DNA of 63,514 nucleotides, filler included, from Choristocarpus tenellus KU-1152 (lineage: Eukaryota > Protista > Phaeophyceae): assembly GCA_964200185.2 (NCBI GenBank). It is 10 parts of 10 records of this genome, joined end to end, with 100 filler letters (N's around TTAATTAATTAA, not from the genome) between each part and the next. Parts side by side here need not be neighbours in the genome. Positions count along the whole stretch, not along the records: positions 50,402 to 54,946 come from CAXNAD020014068.1; positions 55,047 to 59,067 come from CAXNAD020016632.1; positions 59,168 to 63,514 come from CAXNAD020014990.1; 7 more parts are not named here. One strand, 5' to 3'. Positions 50,651 through 63,514 of this stretch are shown here, one piece after another. Below the pieces are notes generated by a model. It was not told the origin of the DNA. It searched no databases and worked only from the letters and a program-made list of their open reading frames with translations. The position numbers and the translations under genes are program-made. Positions within the stretch are counted from its first letter, which is position 1; every line of letters begins with the position of its first letter.

Positions 50651-53612
50651 TTGGAGTTGAGCATAAAGAAATTATCCAGGGTAGCATAGTCATCGCAGGT
50701 GTTCCCATGGAATCAGACAAAAGGTTCCAACCAATTCATCCAGATACGTTCTTGCAATGCCACTTGTGCACACATTGATTACTCCCCACAAAGTCTGTAC
50801 CTTTAAGCCGAATGAATCCATACCTATCTCAATAAACTAACATCCTCTGTTAGCACATGCTGAGGAGTCACTTCAACCGAATATGGAGCTGTGCAATCTT
50901 GTCAATTCACAAACCAATTCCAACTTTAACCCTATATCTAGGAGGAGTTTCGACAGCACATGTTGAGTGACACCCTCCTGGTTCCAAGGCTGGTGCTTCC
51001 GTACCTTGACAAGTGTGTGAACCAGGCATGCCAGCTGCCAAGACGGTGAGAGAGAGATATGTGCGTGTGTTTGTGCTTACTGAACGCTATGACACCCACT
51101 TTATTACTTCTTGTCACATGTGAAATAGCGTGTTCCATGCGGGGATTATTGTCGAAAGTACCTGGAAAAACTCAACAACGCTAGCAGCAGATGGTCCAGC
51201 ACACTAGAGCTCTTTCTTTTAAGTGTATTTGCGTATTTTCTGACAAACTGTGAGATGCCTTTTTTCACGAACTTGATGAAGTCATTGGCATCTTACCCCA
51301 ATGTCACCATAGTGACGAACAGGAGTCCTAGTAGGCAATGTCTCCGAATTTCTTCTATCAACCTAATTTAGTTGGTGGCAACAATGTGTTTGAACGACCC
51401 AGTGTCTATTATACTGTGCTGTGGTACGCTCATTTGTCAAGCACAAACATGCACCAGTGCAAACAGTGCAAGTTTGTGCCCTTTAACCAAAATTGCATAT
51501 CAAAATGACGCTTCTTCTTCAGGTAAGTATACTGTGGGGACTCTAGGTGGACACAGGTCATATATGGCTGTAAGTAGTCCTGTGTAACGACAAGGGAGCA
51601 CCACAGTCAGAAAATGCAGGAATAGCGTGTCGGGGATGGAGTGATCTTAACATTCTCGTTGACTTTCACATTATGGGTGTGGCTTAGGTGCACCCCCCAG
51701 ACCCTCTGCCCTAGATGTGTATAACAGAAGCTTCCTCCTAATGCAACTCTTTTATGAGTTACATGTCTAGCCGTCTGGTGATGTATTTTCTGTGTGTAAA
51801 CATGCTAGTGTGACTTCTATCCCCAGTGCTTCTGTACATTGACCTGTCTGATTACACCTTGCATTGCTGTCTGTGCGTGTGTGACGCTGTACCCCTGACA
51901 CCAGGGATACTTCACCTAAGCATGCCCCTGCAAATGGGAACAAATTTGGAGAGGTTGGGGGGGCTGGGACTAGGTTAGGGTTTGACACAATGGAGATTGC
52001 ACTAGCACAGGGCATTGCCTCCAGTTTGCGTACCCTCGTGATAGCCTCTTTTCGGGCACCTCCAAACAAGTTCGTGCTGGGTAAGGCGTGTGATAGGATT
52101 TGTGATAGGTAGGGTGGGACCCAGGGTGGGAGGTTATTGCCTTCAGATCAGTCACAAACTTCCAGCTGATGTAAGATGCGGTTCAACCTTGAGGAGGGTG
52201 AACGAAGTGCATGAATGCAGGGGAATAGAAGAACCACAGGTGGAGGAGGAAAACAATATTGCAAGTGGGAGTTGATCTTAGCACAGTGTATAGGTGGAAA
52301 ATCTCTAATTGCTGCTGCACCTCAGAAAAACCACTACTGCGTATCAGAGGAAGTGAAAGTTTCAAAAAGGTGGCTGTTAGAGCTATTCCCAATTTCATGT
52401 TATATAATGCCATCAATAGTCTTGTTTGGGCAGAATGAAATCAGCCTTAGAAAAAGGATGCCACCTAGAGGTGACGGACAGCTTCAGAGGAAGACAGGGA
52501 ACTCCATATTTTGTTGTTCAACCTACTACCACCAGAATTATCAGAAGTTGTTTATTCATTTGTCATTGATTTTCAACTCACCTGCCCTTCCTCCTCACCC
52601 ACTGCAAACTAACTTGCCCTCGGAACTTCTCCAGGACTGATGCACCGACTCAACCCAACTGGATCACTTCTCCGAGCCAGGTTGTTTGTGGCCCGTCATG
52701 ACTACATTTTTGCCCTTCTGTGCCTCCTCAACATCAACATGGGAGCCCTCAATGTGTACGGAGAGGGTCTTGGGGGCACGGTGGGTCAACAACCCGACAG
52801 CAGACAAGGGAGGCACAACAGAGATAGTAATGGGGGTATCGACTGGGTGGGAGGAGACCAGCAAGAATTCAGGGCTGCAGGAAGATGTAGGGATGTTACT
52901 GGAAGGGTGGGCGACAGCCTGGTGCGGAAAATTGGAGGGAGCAAGGATACTGCTGAGGTTGAGGTGCACACCTAGCTGAGAGGAATTTGTTTAAAAAAAT
53001 GCATGCCGCAGCCTGTAAGCTTTGTGACTTTCCAGGGACCTAACCTGCTCCCTGAAACCTTTAACATTTTACTGCTCCATTTGTACCTGGGTTGGAGTAC
53101 AGTGGTTGTTCTAGGTACTGGATTTCTAATGCCACACAACAATAACCTTGAGCTGAAAGATACATATTTTTTAAATCAAAGAGAGAGGTGCAAGCTCATT
53201 CATCAGCAAAAGCTTGCTCTTCCACAACTACAAAAGAATTTGCTCCCCATATCGTGTCTGCAAAGGAGATCCTAGTTGTGCTGATCCCAACCTTTACGCA
53301 AATAGCAACCTGTGCCCAATCCTTACTCCCAGGCAACCTTTGCCAGCTGTCTGCTGGAGGACATAGCTGAAGTCTTTCATGAGGTGAGCCATCAATGAAT
53401 GGAAAATGAGGTATCTACAAGGCATTGAAGTACACAAAATAGCAACACTTGAGTTTTTGATCTCCTCAGACTCTATGTACTCTCATTTACAACATGAAGG
53501 ACAAGAGACAAGAATCAAGCTATGATTCCCCTGTTCCCCATTTTTTTGAGTCACACTACATATATGAACTTGCAGTGTATGAACACTTAGTTGCTCAGTA
53601 GCAGAGGCAGTT

Positions 53613-53874
53613 GAGCCAAAAGTAAACGAGAGGTACCTAGGTTTTGGCCGTTTTGCATTTTAAGTCTGCTTTTCAATCTCTTGCAATTCACCCATATTTC
53701 TATGGATTGAGATCTAAGTTTGACTTGAGAGCGTTTGTTTTTCTGTTGTTTGAAACTTTTCCGACTCGGGTTCAGAAAATCTCCTACATATGCATTTGTA
53801 AAAACCCGAATTTTGCACATTTTTGTCAGTACCCTTAAAATGCAACTCTGGGTACCTCGCGTTTACTTTGACTC
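53613..53874. mobile_element. MITE family C
   Basis: TIR GAGCCAAAAGTAAACGAGAGGTACC / GGTACCTCGCGTTTACTTTGACTC. Confidence 0.85.
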
Positions 53875-54077
53875 ACCGACTCAGGAAAAGCTTGTGCCTT
53901 TTGTGCTTAAAAAAAAAATCAGTGCTTGAGGTTTGGGAGACGTTTAAAATGTATTTGAAAGGGGTCAAACGTGCCTGAATATGTAGGGATCTTGACCAGT
54001 CCATAGTATCTCGGAAGTAGCACAGGTTCTGGACCTTGCATTGAACGTGGACAGGCGATAGCCTAACATGAGAATAA

Positions 54078-54333
54078 GAGTGAAAGTATCTTAGAGGGCA
54101 GGAGTTTTGTCCTGTTGTCCATTTGGGGCTTGGCTTCCCACACGTATTTTATGACATTTTCCTACTCCGGAATGTTTCGAAGTAGGTAAAATGTGTACGT
54201 TATGAAAAGGTGTGTCCGAAACAAGGATATTGACACTTCCGAACAAAATCAGTAGCCAAATCACATCAAAATCAGAACATAGGATTTTGACCCCCAAACG
54301 GACACGGCTCTACCGTCTAAGATACTTTGACTC
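54078..54333. mobile_element. MITE family B, opposite orientation; partial copies at 25821-25861, 33147-33330, 38143-38185
   Basis: TIR GAGTGAAAGTATCTTAGA / TCTAAGATACTTTGACTC; flanked by TAA on both sides. Confidence 0.88.
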
Positions 54334-57300
54334 TAAAATAGAGGCACCTGAGGAAATTGTCTGACAACTTTGTTGCTAGGTTTCAAGCTCTCATATTGAA
54401 GTAGGAGGGCTTTGAAAGGATATATAACTTATTGAAACCCTTGAGGAATTTGTAGCAAGAGAGTTAATAATGATTGTATGATGTATTATACCTTGACAAA
54501 GAAATAGAGCACAATTTCAGTGCTCACCCTCATCCTAAGAATTAGTCCTTCATCTGATTAAGATGCTCTTGGGAAGAAGGCAGCATGGCAACATCCTCTT
54601 CATTGTCCTTTGCAGGATCCCAACCAAGCCTTTGAGGTGTACAACATGACATTGAGCCCTGAAAATCAAGCAAACCCCAAATTGGATGTATCTGTGTAGC
54701 AAGGAAGATGAATAAAGGATTAGGGCTGGGTTAGGATTTTGTTGGCCCCTTTATAGCATCAACCCTGTAGATAAACTAGCCCCACTACAGACAATTTATT
54801 GCGTGTAACCGACGCAATTTAACATATTCAAGATCCACAGCTAATTATCCTACCACCACAATCATCTGACCCAAAGCATCTGGGAGGGGGTGGCGGCTGT
54901 CCATTTAGGGTCAATTTTTTCATGTAGCGATTTTCGTGTGGTTGGGNNNNNNNNNNNNNNNNNNNNNNNNNNNNNNNNNNNNNNNNNNNNTTAATTAATT
55001 AANNNNNNNNNNNNNNNNNNNNNNNNNNNNNNNNNNNNNNNNNNNNCCTCCCCCCCCCCAGATACGTTGAGCCTTTCATACCACATACACACCTTTGTGA
55101 GTATCTCGTGCATGAGGTGGTGATTGGGACAACGAACCACATCTTCTGTTGCTTGTGTTGCACTATGCTTCAGAGTGCACTTTTCAGTTGTGGTTAATGT
55201 ATCAGCATGTATTCATCCCCTGTCTGTTGGGAGATCATTCGTTTCAGACATCCATCACTTCCCTGCCACCTCCTCCCTTATCCCCACCTGCAACCTGGCT
55301 GCCTTGTGTTGAACAGCAATTCACGTCCTCCCAAAACAATATGTAGGTACTGCCTGCATTTTCCGGAGACCAAACTCTCAGACTTCCCTTTGGAGAGGGC
55401 AGCCAATGTGCTTTTCCCCAGCACTTGAATACTCAAGTGTACGGGGAAGAGAGTTCAGGTAGGGGACACAACGATCATTCAAGGCCTGCAATCACGCCTG
55501 TCACACCTCTCACAAGGGAACGGGGACTTTCGATGGGAATAGAATTTCTTGAATAGTTTCTTGTATACTGATTGCCTATGGACAGACACACTTCGGATTA
55601 GGCACTTGTAGTGGTGTCTTGTTGTGTGAGGGCAGCATGAGAGAGGGTAGGAGTGTGTTTGCATGAAGGGGGAGAGCCAGTGTACCACAGGTGTTTCACA
55701 GATGGAGCATTATCTATGTATCTATTGCAATTACATTCCTGTAAACAAAGGGATGGTGGATGTAGAGTCTGTCAATATTGACCACACGGGGAAATGACAA
55801 TGATGGCGTCACCTTATAGTTATAGGTCAGGTCGAGTACTATCTATGTATCCACAGCAAGCAAGATTGTGAATGTGTATAAAGTGATGCTGAATGTAGAG
55901 CCTGTCGGTCTTGCCCACGCAGGGAAATGACGATAATGGCGTCACCTTGCATAACTAGTTGACAGGAATACTGAACTACCTACTTGTAACTGCTGGATGG
56001 AATACTGTTGACTGTAGATTCTGTCTGGTGTTATCTTGGACCATGACAGAGTAAATCAAATATACCAAATAAATCAACTCAACCTTTGAGCTCCCCTCCT
56101 TGGTGCCTTGTCATGGAGTGTCTCTGAGAGGAAATACATATGTCTATGTCGGGATTTGCTTTTCGCCTAGGAACTGCTCAACCTCCGGAGCTACAGACAC
56201 CACTGGTGCTCCATTGTCATTGATAATGCCCTTGTAAGGAAGTTGTACAGTTACACGATATGAGAGGGAAACAACCCGTCCTATTTTGCAGGGGGCTGCC
56301 TGCTACCATTGCCGTTTGTGAGCAACTCCTTCAAGAGGCCATTGAGGAGAGGTGGCAATGCTAGCCCATCATTGTCTCGGACTGCATGGGAAAGCAGTGG
56401 GGGGCCTCACGAGTACATGGAGGCACGAAAGAAGAGGTTCCTCCTGTTGGAGGTGAAGGAACAGGGGAGATCGTGGGTACTGAGTTCTTCATCTTTGGAC
56501 AGCCAAAGGTACGTCCCTGTATGTAGGAGACGGAATGACACTTGATGTGTAGATGAAAGCCTGTTTTGGTTTTGAGGCCCTCAGTCTTTGGTCAGTGCAA
56601 GTCCAGTTATGGCGTGAAAGCACATTCCACATTGATCTACAAGCGTAGTCTCACAAAGAGATGAACAGTTTTCTCCAACCACAATCTACATACAAATGTA
56701 GTACATGGACTGCTTCCTAGTCAGCCCTTGGCAAGTGCGGCACAGACTTATGACAAGGATGTAGTACATGGACTGTTTTTCTAGTCAGCCTTTGGCAAGT
56801 GTTTGGGGAGAGTCAAATCATGCTTTGATAATGGGTTCAATTGAATTCACATACTGATTTGATGGAGATTTGGCATGCTTAAATTTTGTGCGTACTCTAT
56901 GCAAAATTCAATATACAAACACCCTCTTTGGTGCCTTGTGTTACATCAGTGTTGACGTGATGTTTGATTATTGTGGACTGTCTAAAACAAGGGCACAGAG
57001 AGGATGGTCTGGAGGTGCACCAAAGTGGACCGGTCAATGTGATATGTTGCCATACACTACATTGAAATTGGTTTGGGCCTTGTAGTTGGGATTAGTGTGA
57101 TGACCTAGCTTGCAGATTAGGCAAATCCCTAGCTCCCAGAACCGCCCCAAAGCGCTCACCCAGCTAGTTGAGAGAAGATCGAGAAAGTGCAGTTTGACTG
57201 TACAATCGAGGTACTTGACATGTTTAGAGTTCTTGATAGCTCTCCCTTGATAAAGACCGTACTTGGTTCTTTGTCGGACCAGCTTGGGTATGCATGTCTC

Positions 57301-59169
57301 ACAGAGATGAACATAAACAATGAAGTGGTTGTAGGTTTACTGCACCTTGCCATTTGTATGCCATTTTTATGTAATCATTCTCAAAAGACTTTGCATCCAA
57401 ACGTCTTGAATACCTTCCTTCCACCTTGTTAGCCCACATGCATGTGGCAAAGAATATTCTGGAATTTCCTCTGTACATGGGAAAAGCGTTGAGGTCAGTC
57501 TCTCATTTTCCCCTACTCGTTTGTATCGATTTTGTATTTTTGAGAATGATGGAGATACTAGAATTGGGCGGATCGGTTACACAGGTTGCTTTTTCACATT
57601 GTGTCAATCTAATGTTTGTCCAAGCAGTATCATCTGGATACATCTCAAGCGGCATAGACACAAGCCATACTACTTAAGGACGCATTAGATGCTTTGATTT
57701 TGAAGGAAAATAGGAATAAAATAGGTCTGACCATATTTGCTCTTGGGTGCCATAATAACAATGAAGTCGTTTGCTCAAAAAGACCAATCATTCTCGCGTT
57801 TTTTGTGCTCCGTTGCTTCTTCAAAAAGGGAGTATGCTACAATGATACTCTGTGCATGATTGATTTCTTGGGGTATATTGGAAAGGTGTGCGTCAACTGA
57901 CATGTATATGCCATAGCATTCACTTCACCCCCAGACCTAGAAGCATGGCAGAGGTAAGTTACACCTCTTTCTGTTGACAATCCTACCAAGGAGAGGGATT
58001 CCTGAACCTGGGAGAACCTTGTCCTTCCTTTGAATGTTTCCATCACAAATCGACCAGGGAGAGTGAAACTTGTCGAGAAGACGATAAGGAGAGCAGGGAT
58101 TTGAACAATGAACATATACTCACACCATGCAAAATAGCCTGCATCGTCATAACCCTTCATTGCCAAAGTAAGTGCTGGAAGTGAAAGGAACATGGTACTC
58201 TCCACTCAATAATAGTACATCTTTGCACCATGACTTCTTGACCAGGATAATTTGAATGCCAGAGGGGGGGTCAATGAAAAGGTGCATGCATTTAGATTGA
58301 TGAAAATATCATGCCATACATTGCTTTACGTTTATCTCATCACGTCACACCATTCTGGATTATAGATGCAGATCACGTGTCATTTCCCTCCACTCCTTCC
58401 TCTCAGATTACGTTTGTTACCAAGGTTAGTTTTCTATCTATTCTTGTCTGCGCTGGATGTGCGCTGGTTCCCCTCCGAACCCCACAGCTCACTTGGATGA
58501 GTGCCTTCAAGGAATCAACCTCCGAGAAGCACGCCATGTGTAGATATTGTAGTCATATATCAAAATTCGACCCATTAGATTGCTTGGAATGATTTCATGA
58601 TGGCAGTGTAAATTCGTGCTGTATTGCACTGTAATATGGTACATTCAGAAGTAGTAGCTGAAATAGCTAGTGCTCACTCTTTAAACCAAGCACAATATGT
58701 AGAAATCCAATAATCTCTTGGTAGACGTTGATGTTCTGATGCCTCCACTTGCCCTCTGTTCCCCTACTCCACACTAGCCCTTGCTGGCTGTTGCTGGGTT
58801 TCCAGCGGGAGACACAGGTACCCTGGCAACTGAACAAGTCATCTCAAGAACCGGAGAAGAGATGGCTGATGATCTGAACGCCAGGTAATCCTTCCAGTTC
58901 AGAGCCGGAAGGATTATCAGTAATTATTTTCAATCCTGTTCATAACACCACCTCTTCAATTCAACAATTCTTCTCTTTGATTGCAAACCAATAGTCCCTT
59001 TGAAGTACTGTGGCTCAAAGTATCTGGGAGGGGGTGGTGGCTGTCCATCTGGGGTCAATTTTTTCATNNNNNNNNNNNNNNNNNNNNNNNNNNNNNNNNN
59101 NNNNNNNNNNNTTAATTAATTAANNNNNNNNNNNNNNNNNNNNNNNNNNNNNNNNNNNNNNNNNNNNAG

Positions 59170-59938
<769 letters not shown>

Positions 59939-62900
59939 TAATCTGCTGAAAGTGGTATGAAGAGTAGTATGCTTTGGCAGCTTCATCGTGAATTCCCTTG
60001 TAGTCATCCTGCTGAAGGCACTGTTGTGGACTGAAATATTTTTGTTGTATGAGGATACTACGGTGCTGTTGCAAATATCTTGACTGTTGTGTATGGGTTG
60101 TTTTATATATGATGAATGTTACGTGCATGTTTTTACAAGGGGTGAGAACATGTTCTTGTTTGTGGTGACGTCTTTTGCTTCCCTGTGATGTGTGCATACT
60201 TTTTTATATCACAGCGTTATGCCTTTTGTTTGGTAATGCTGGACACATTGTGTTCCTAGTGGATGGTTATGTCGAAGATGTTAATTTACGTGCACGGATG
60301 TGCTTGAAAACTTGTTTTGTGACACACTGATGACTGCTGTGTGCAAAGGAGAGGGAGGAGTCAGACTACATGTACTGGAAATGCCCCCCCTCCCTTTCCC
60401 TCCCCCACCCCTCAATCCCTTGATTCTAAATTAGACGATCCAGAAGACAAAAAAAATCCTTTGTTGCCTAGCGACAGATCCTGTGGGCACTGTGCCTAGA
60501 AAGCTATGGTTGAATCTGGACAGCCAGCTCTAGTCAATTACATGCTAGGCTTTTTCCTGTGTGTATATGTTGAGTTAGTGTACCGGTCAGTGTACTGGTT
60601 ATTGGTAGTGAGTTCTGTATACATTCATTGGGAGAGGTACAGACATGCTCTTTACTGAACGCATATGCATGTACGATAAATATGCAATGTGTGGCATATA
60701 TGTGTTGTGAAGGCTTGATTGGTAGGGCCACATGTTACCCTTAGTATATGTGTTGGTACATGCAGTATGGGAACAAATAGTGAGAAATAGACTTCACTCT
60801 GCACCACGGGGTTAATCCTGTGAGATCATTCGATGAGATAATAACGAAGGACAACAGAAACACATCCTTGACTTTTCTATTGCTACGGTAATTCTTGTCT
60901 TGCAACAATTTGACCATCTGAAGTAACAGCTATCCCAGCCAAGCATAGAGTTATGTGCTATATTTTTCCAAGAAGGGACACAGGGAGCATATTGTGCATC
61001 AAACTCAGTAGTTGTTGCTTGGTATTGGATGTGTTGTCGTTGCTAATATTGTGCATATACCTGCATGATTATGATCCTGTGCCTGCTCTGATAAAATGAA
61101 TAAACTTTTTGTTGTACTTCTATAACTACGACGACTGCTACTACTACTACTACTGTCTCACGTTTAATTATGTATGACATGCTACAACAAAGAAATCTAC
61201 CTCCTCATTTTCTTCTCGAGACAGCCAGTGCATAGTATACTCACTCACACTGAACCCAAAATATGTTTACTTCTTCTTGGACCCGTTCTGACTCGGTCAG
61301 ATTTAGTTGTTTTCCAGCCGACTTACACGTACCCCTCGTGCACCCCAGAACCCCCCCCCCCCAGGGTTGCTGATCTTCCAAATAAAATACTTGAAGTAAT
61401 ACATATTTCTCCGCATCTACATTTTGTACTCTTTTTCACACTCTTCACATGTATACATCAATGTACCATACAAAGTCCTTTGGTACTTGTTCATGGTCCA
61501 CGCAGTGCTTGCTTTCACAGGTGTTGCTACATGTTTGTTACATACATGCAAGGTGTAAATTATGTAGAGGTGAACATGTGCATGGACACTTTCATGTATT
61601 CTGCAGGCAACCTATCTTCACACACATATATATATATATACGACTAAGGACAATGAATCAGTAACTCGTTGGGAAAAATCTGCCATCTGTGGATGTTTTA
61701 AATCGAAAGGATCAGAAGAAGAAGAAGTGCACGTGTTCAGAATTACTGCACAGTCAACGTTGCTTTTTTTGCCTTGGTGCGCCCTTGTGCACCATGCAAC
61801 TGTCACTTCTCAGCGGAATTTAATTATATTACAACAAGGTATCCCCTTGTACGATCTATTCATTCTTATTCATAAGGGCCTCTGCCAGTAGGACGCATAC
61901 CTTCCTACATGCCTCAACTCCCCTTTTTTATGCTTGTAAACATTTGTACAACAGAACGTATCACGCAGCCAAATTGAAGGAGGAAAATGTGGCACATTTT
62001 TTTCTAGACAACTCTGAACCCTGATGACAATAGGCACCTCTCATGCGGAACGGTACTATTATTAAAAATAATAAATAAATAAATAAATAAAGAGTTCGGA
62101 GAAGAAAGGAAGGCGTGAGGACACACAGTATCCTGTTGTTAAAGGGAGTAGCCATGGCATACAGCCAACTAGTGTTTTTTTCTGTTGAATTTGTCTACTT
62201 ACTGACAAGGGGAGCAAGCACAAAGTAAAAATATATAATATATATATATATTATAGCTTGTTCAACAGTATCCTAGAGGGGTGTCAATCAGACCCCTTCA
62301 AGTATGAAGGATGCACAAATGCTTTGGCTGACACAGCCATTCCAATTCCCCAAATTCGCCTAACCCCATTGGGATGCCGCAGCTGTAGTAGGAGACAAAT
62401 TTTCATCCATGCAAGCATGAGATCGGCCTTTAGAGTGGTAGGAGCACACAAATCAAGAGGCAGTTACAGAGGCTACCTGCAATCAGTTACACCCCCCTGC
62501 TTATGGTTTCATACCTTTCTGTAGTGAGATGTGTGGAGGCATTTATGCTTCGGAGCTTTTAACTTGCATCACCTCACACCACTCCACACATGACCTTGCG
62601 TGCTGACAGTTCAATCAGATTCATTAAAAAAAAAAATTGGTCATTTTTTTTTTATAATCGCAAGGTCTTCCGGTTCTCAATGCTACAAGAAAACAAAAGA
62701 GTCTAGCCTTGATTCCTTTAAACTAGAGAAGCAACTAGATATTTTTTTCAAAGAGTGGGTCCTCAAACACGGAAAGCGTCCACTGCCTATCAGAACACCC
62801 ACCATCCGCCGCTTCTCCTCAGGTAACTGAATTAAAAAAAAAAAATGCAACAAGTTTTGGGTGCACCATGACTGCGGATAGAACATCCACACCTCCACAC

Positions 62901-63514
62901 ACAGATAAACGAGGGGAGGGGGCAGGAGAGATCGCATTGCAGTAGGTACAGAGCAATGCAGTGTTATGGTGCCCCTTTCTCACTGAAGTGACAACAGCAA
63001 AGGAAGGAATCTCTACAACAAGACAGTCAGGTGCTAAACTGAGGCCTCAAAGAGCGATTCCCTTAACCTTATGCATCATACCCCTACAAACATGCATAGG
63101 CACATTCACAGTATTGTGGTAGTAGGGGTGTGTGAGAGGGAGGTGGAGCTTTGGCCATGCCCATTCCAAGCAACTAAAGAGATTTGTTTTTGTGTATTTT
63201 CCCATCAACTAACCCTTACCCTAACTCAACTCCCCTCTCTAGCCCCTGGAAAAATACCAGTACTTGAAAAGAAGTCACATCTTCCCCATGCCCCCACATT
63301 GACTACACACGAAATGCTATTGTGAGCTAGAAACAATTGGCCTCCTCACAGCTCTGTCATTAAGGCGGCCGTTCCCTGTATGAATTTCTCAGGTTCCAAC
63401 CCCTTTGATGCTGGACTTCATTTCATGGAAATCTGGTTCTGACTGTCTAATTCCACACAGCAAGTACAACGTGGACCTTCCTGCACTATCATGTGCGTGT
63501 GTGCGTGTGGGGGG

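Noticed and set aside
50700-53400. Several 100-140 aa ORFs and exon-like segments
   Set aside because: No recognisable domain or consistent splice chain could be built; left unannotated.
62258-62830. Possible exons, for example 62666-62822 (+) bounded by AG/GT
   Set aside because: Isolated, with no recognisable homology; insufficient support.

Overview
Eukaryotic, intron-rich DNA, most likely a brown alga: the 14-3-3 protein closely resembles the Fucus/Ectocarpus type as I recall it. The window is 10 separate contigs joined by nine artificial 100-nt spacers (44 N + TTAATTAATTAA + 44 N), so synteny across spacers is not meaningful. Genes reconstructed from splice sites: a complete 6-exon 14-3-3 gene whose ATG appears split by an intron; the 5' part of complex I subunit NDUFA8; a 9-exon B-box / IQ / WW-like / SAM gene; the C-terminal six exons of the XPF/ERCC4 nuclease; the 3' end of an ankyrin-repeat gene; and an unidentified first exon. 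Much of the rest is transposon-derived: four MITE families sharing GAGTCAAAG...CTTTGACTC-type ends, a Stowaway-like MITE, CRE-type non-LTR relics with a conserved 3' stem-loop, and Sola2-like, pogo/Tigger-like, copia and gypsy relics. The most striking unexplained structure is a ~700-nt near-perfect hairpin in the NDUFA8 intron, a candidate hairpin-RNA/miRNA locus. No CRISPR, tRNA or rRNA was found. All family assignments come from motif recognition by eye, not database searches.
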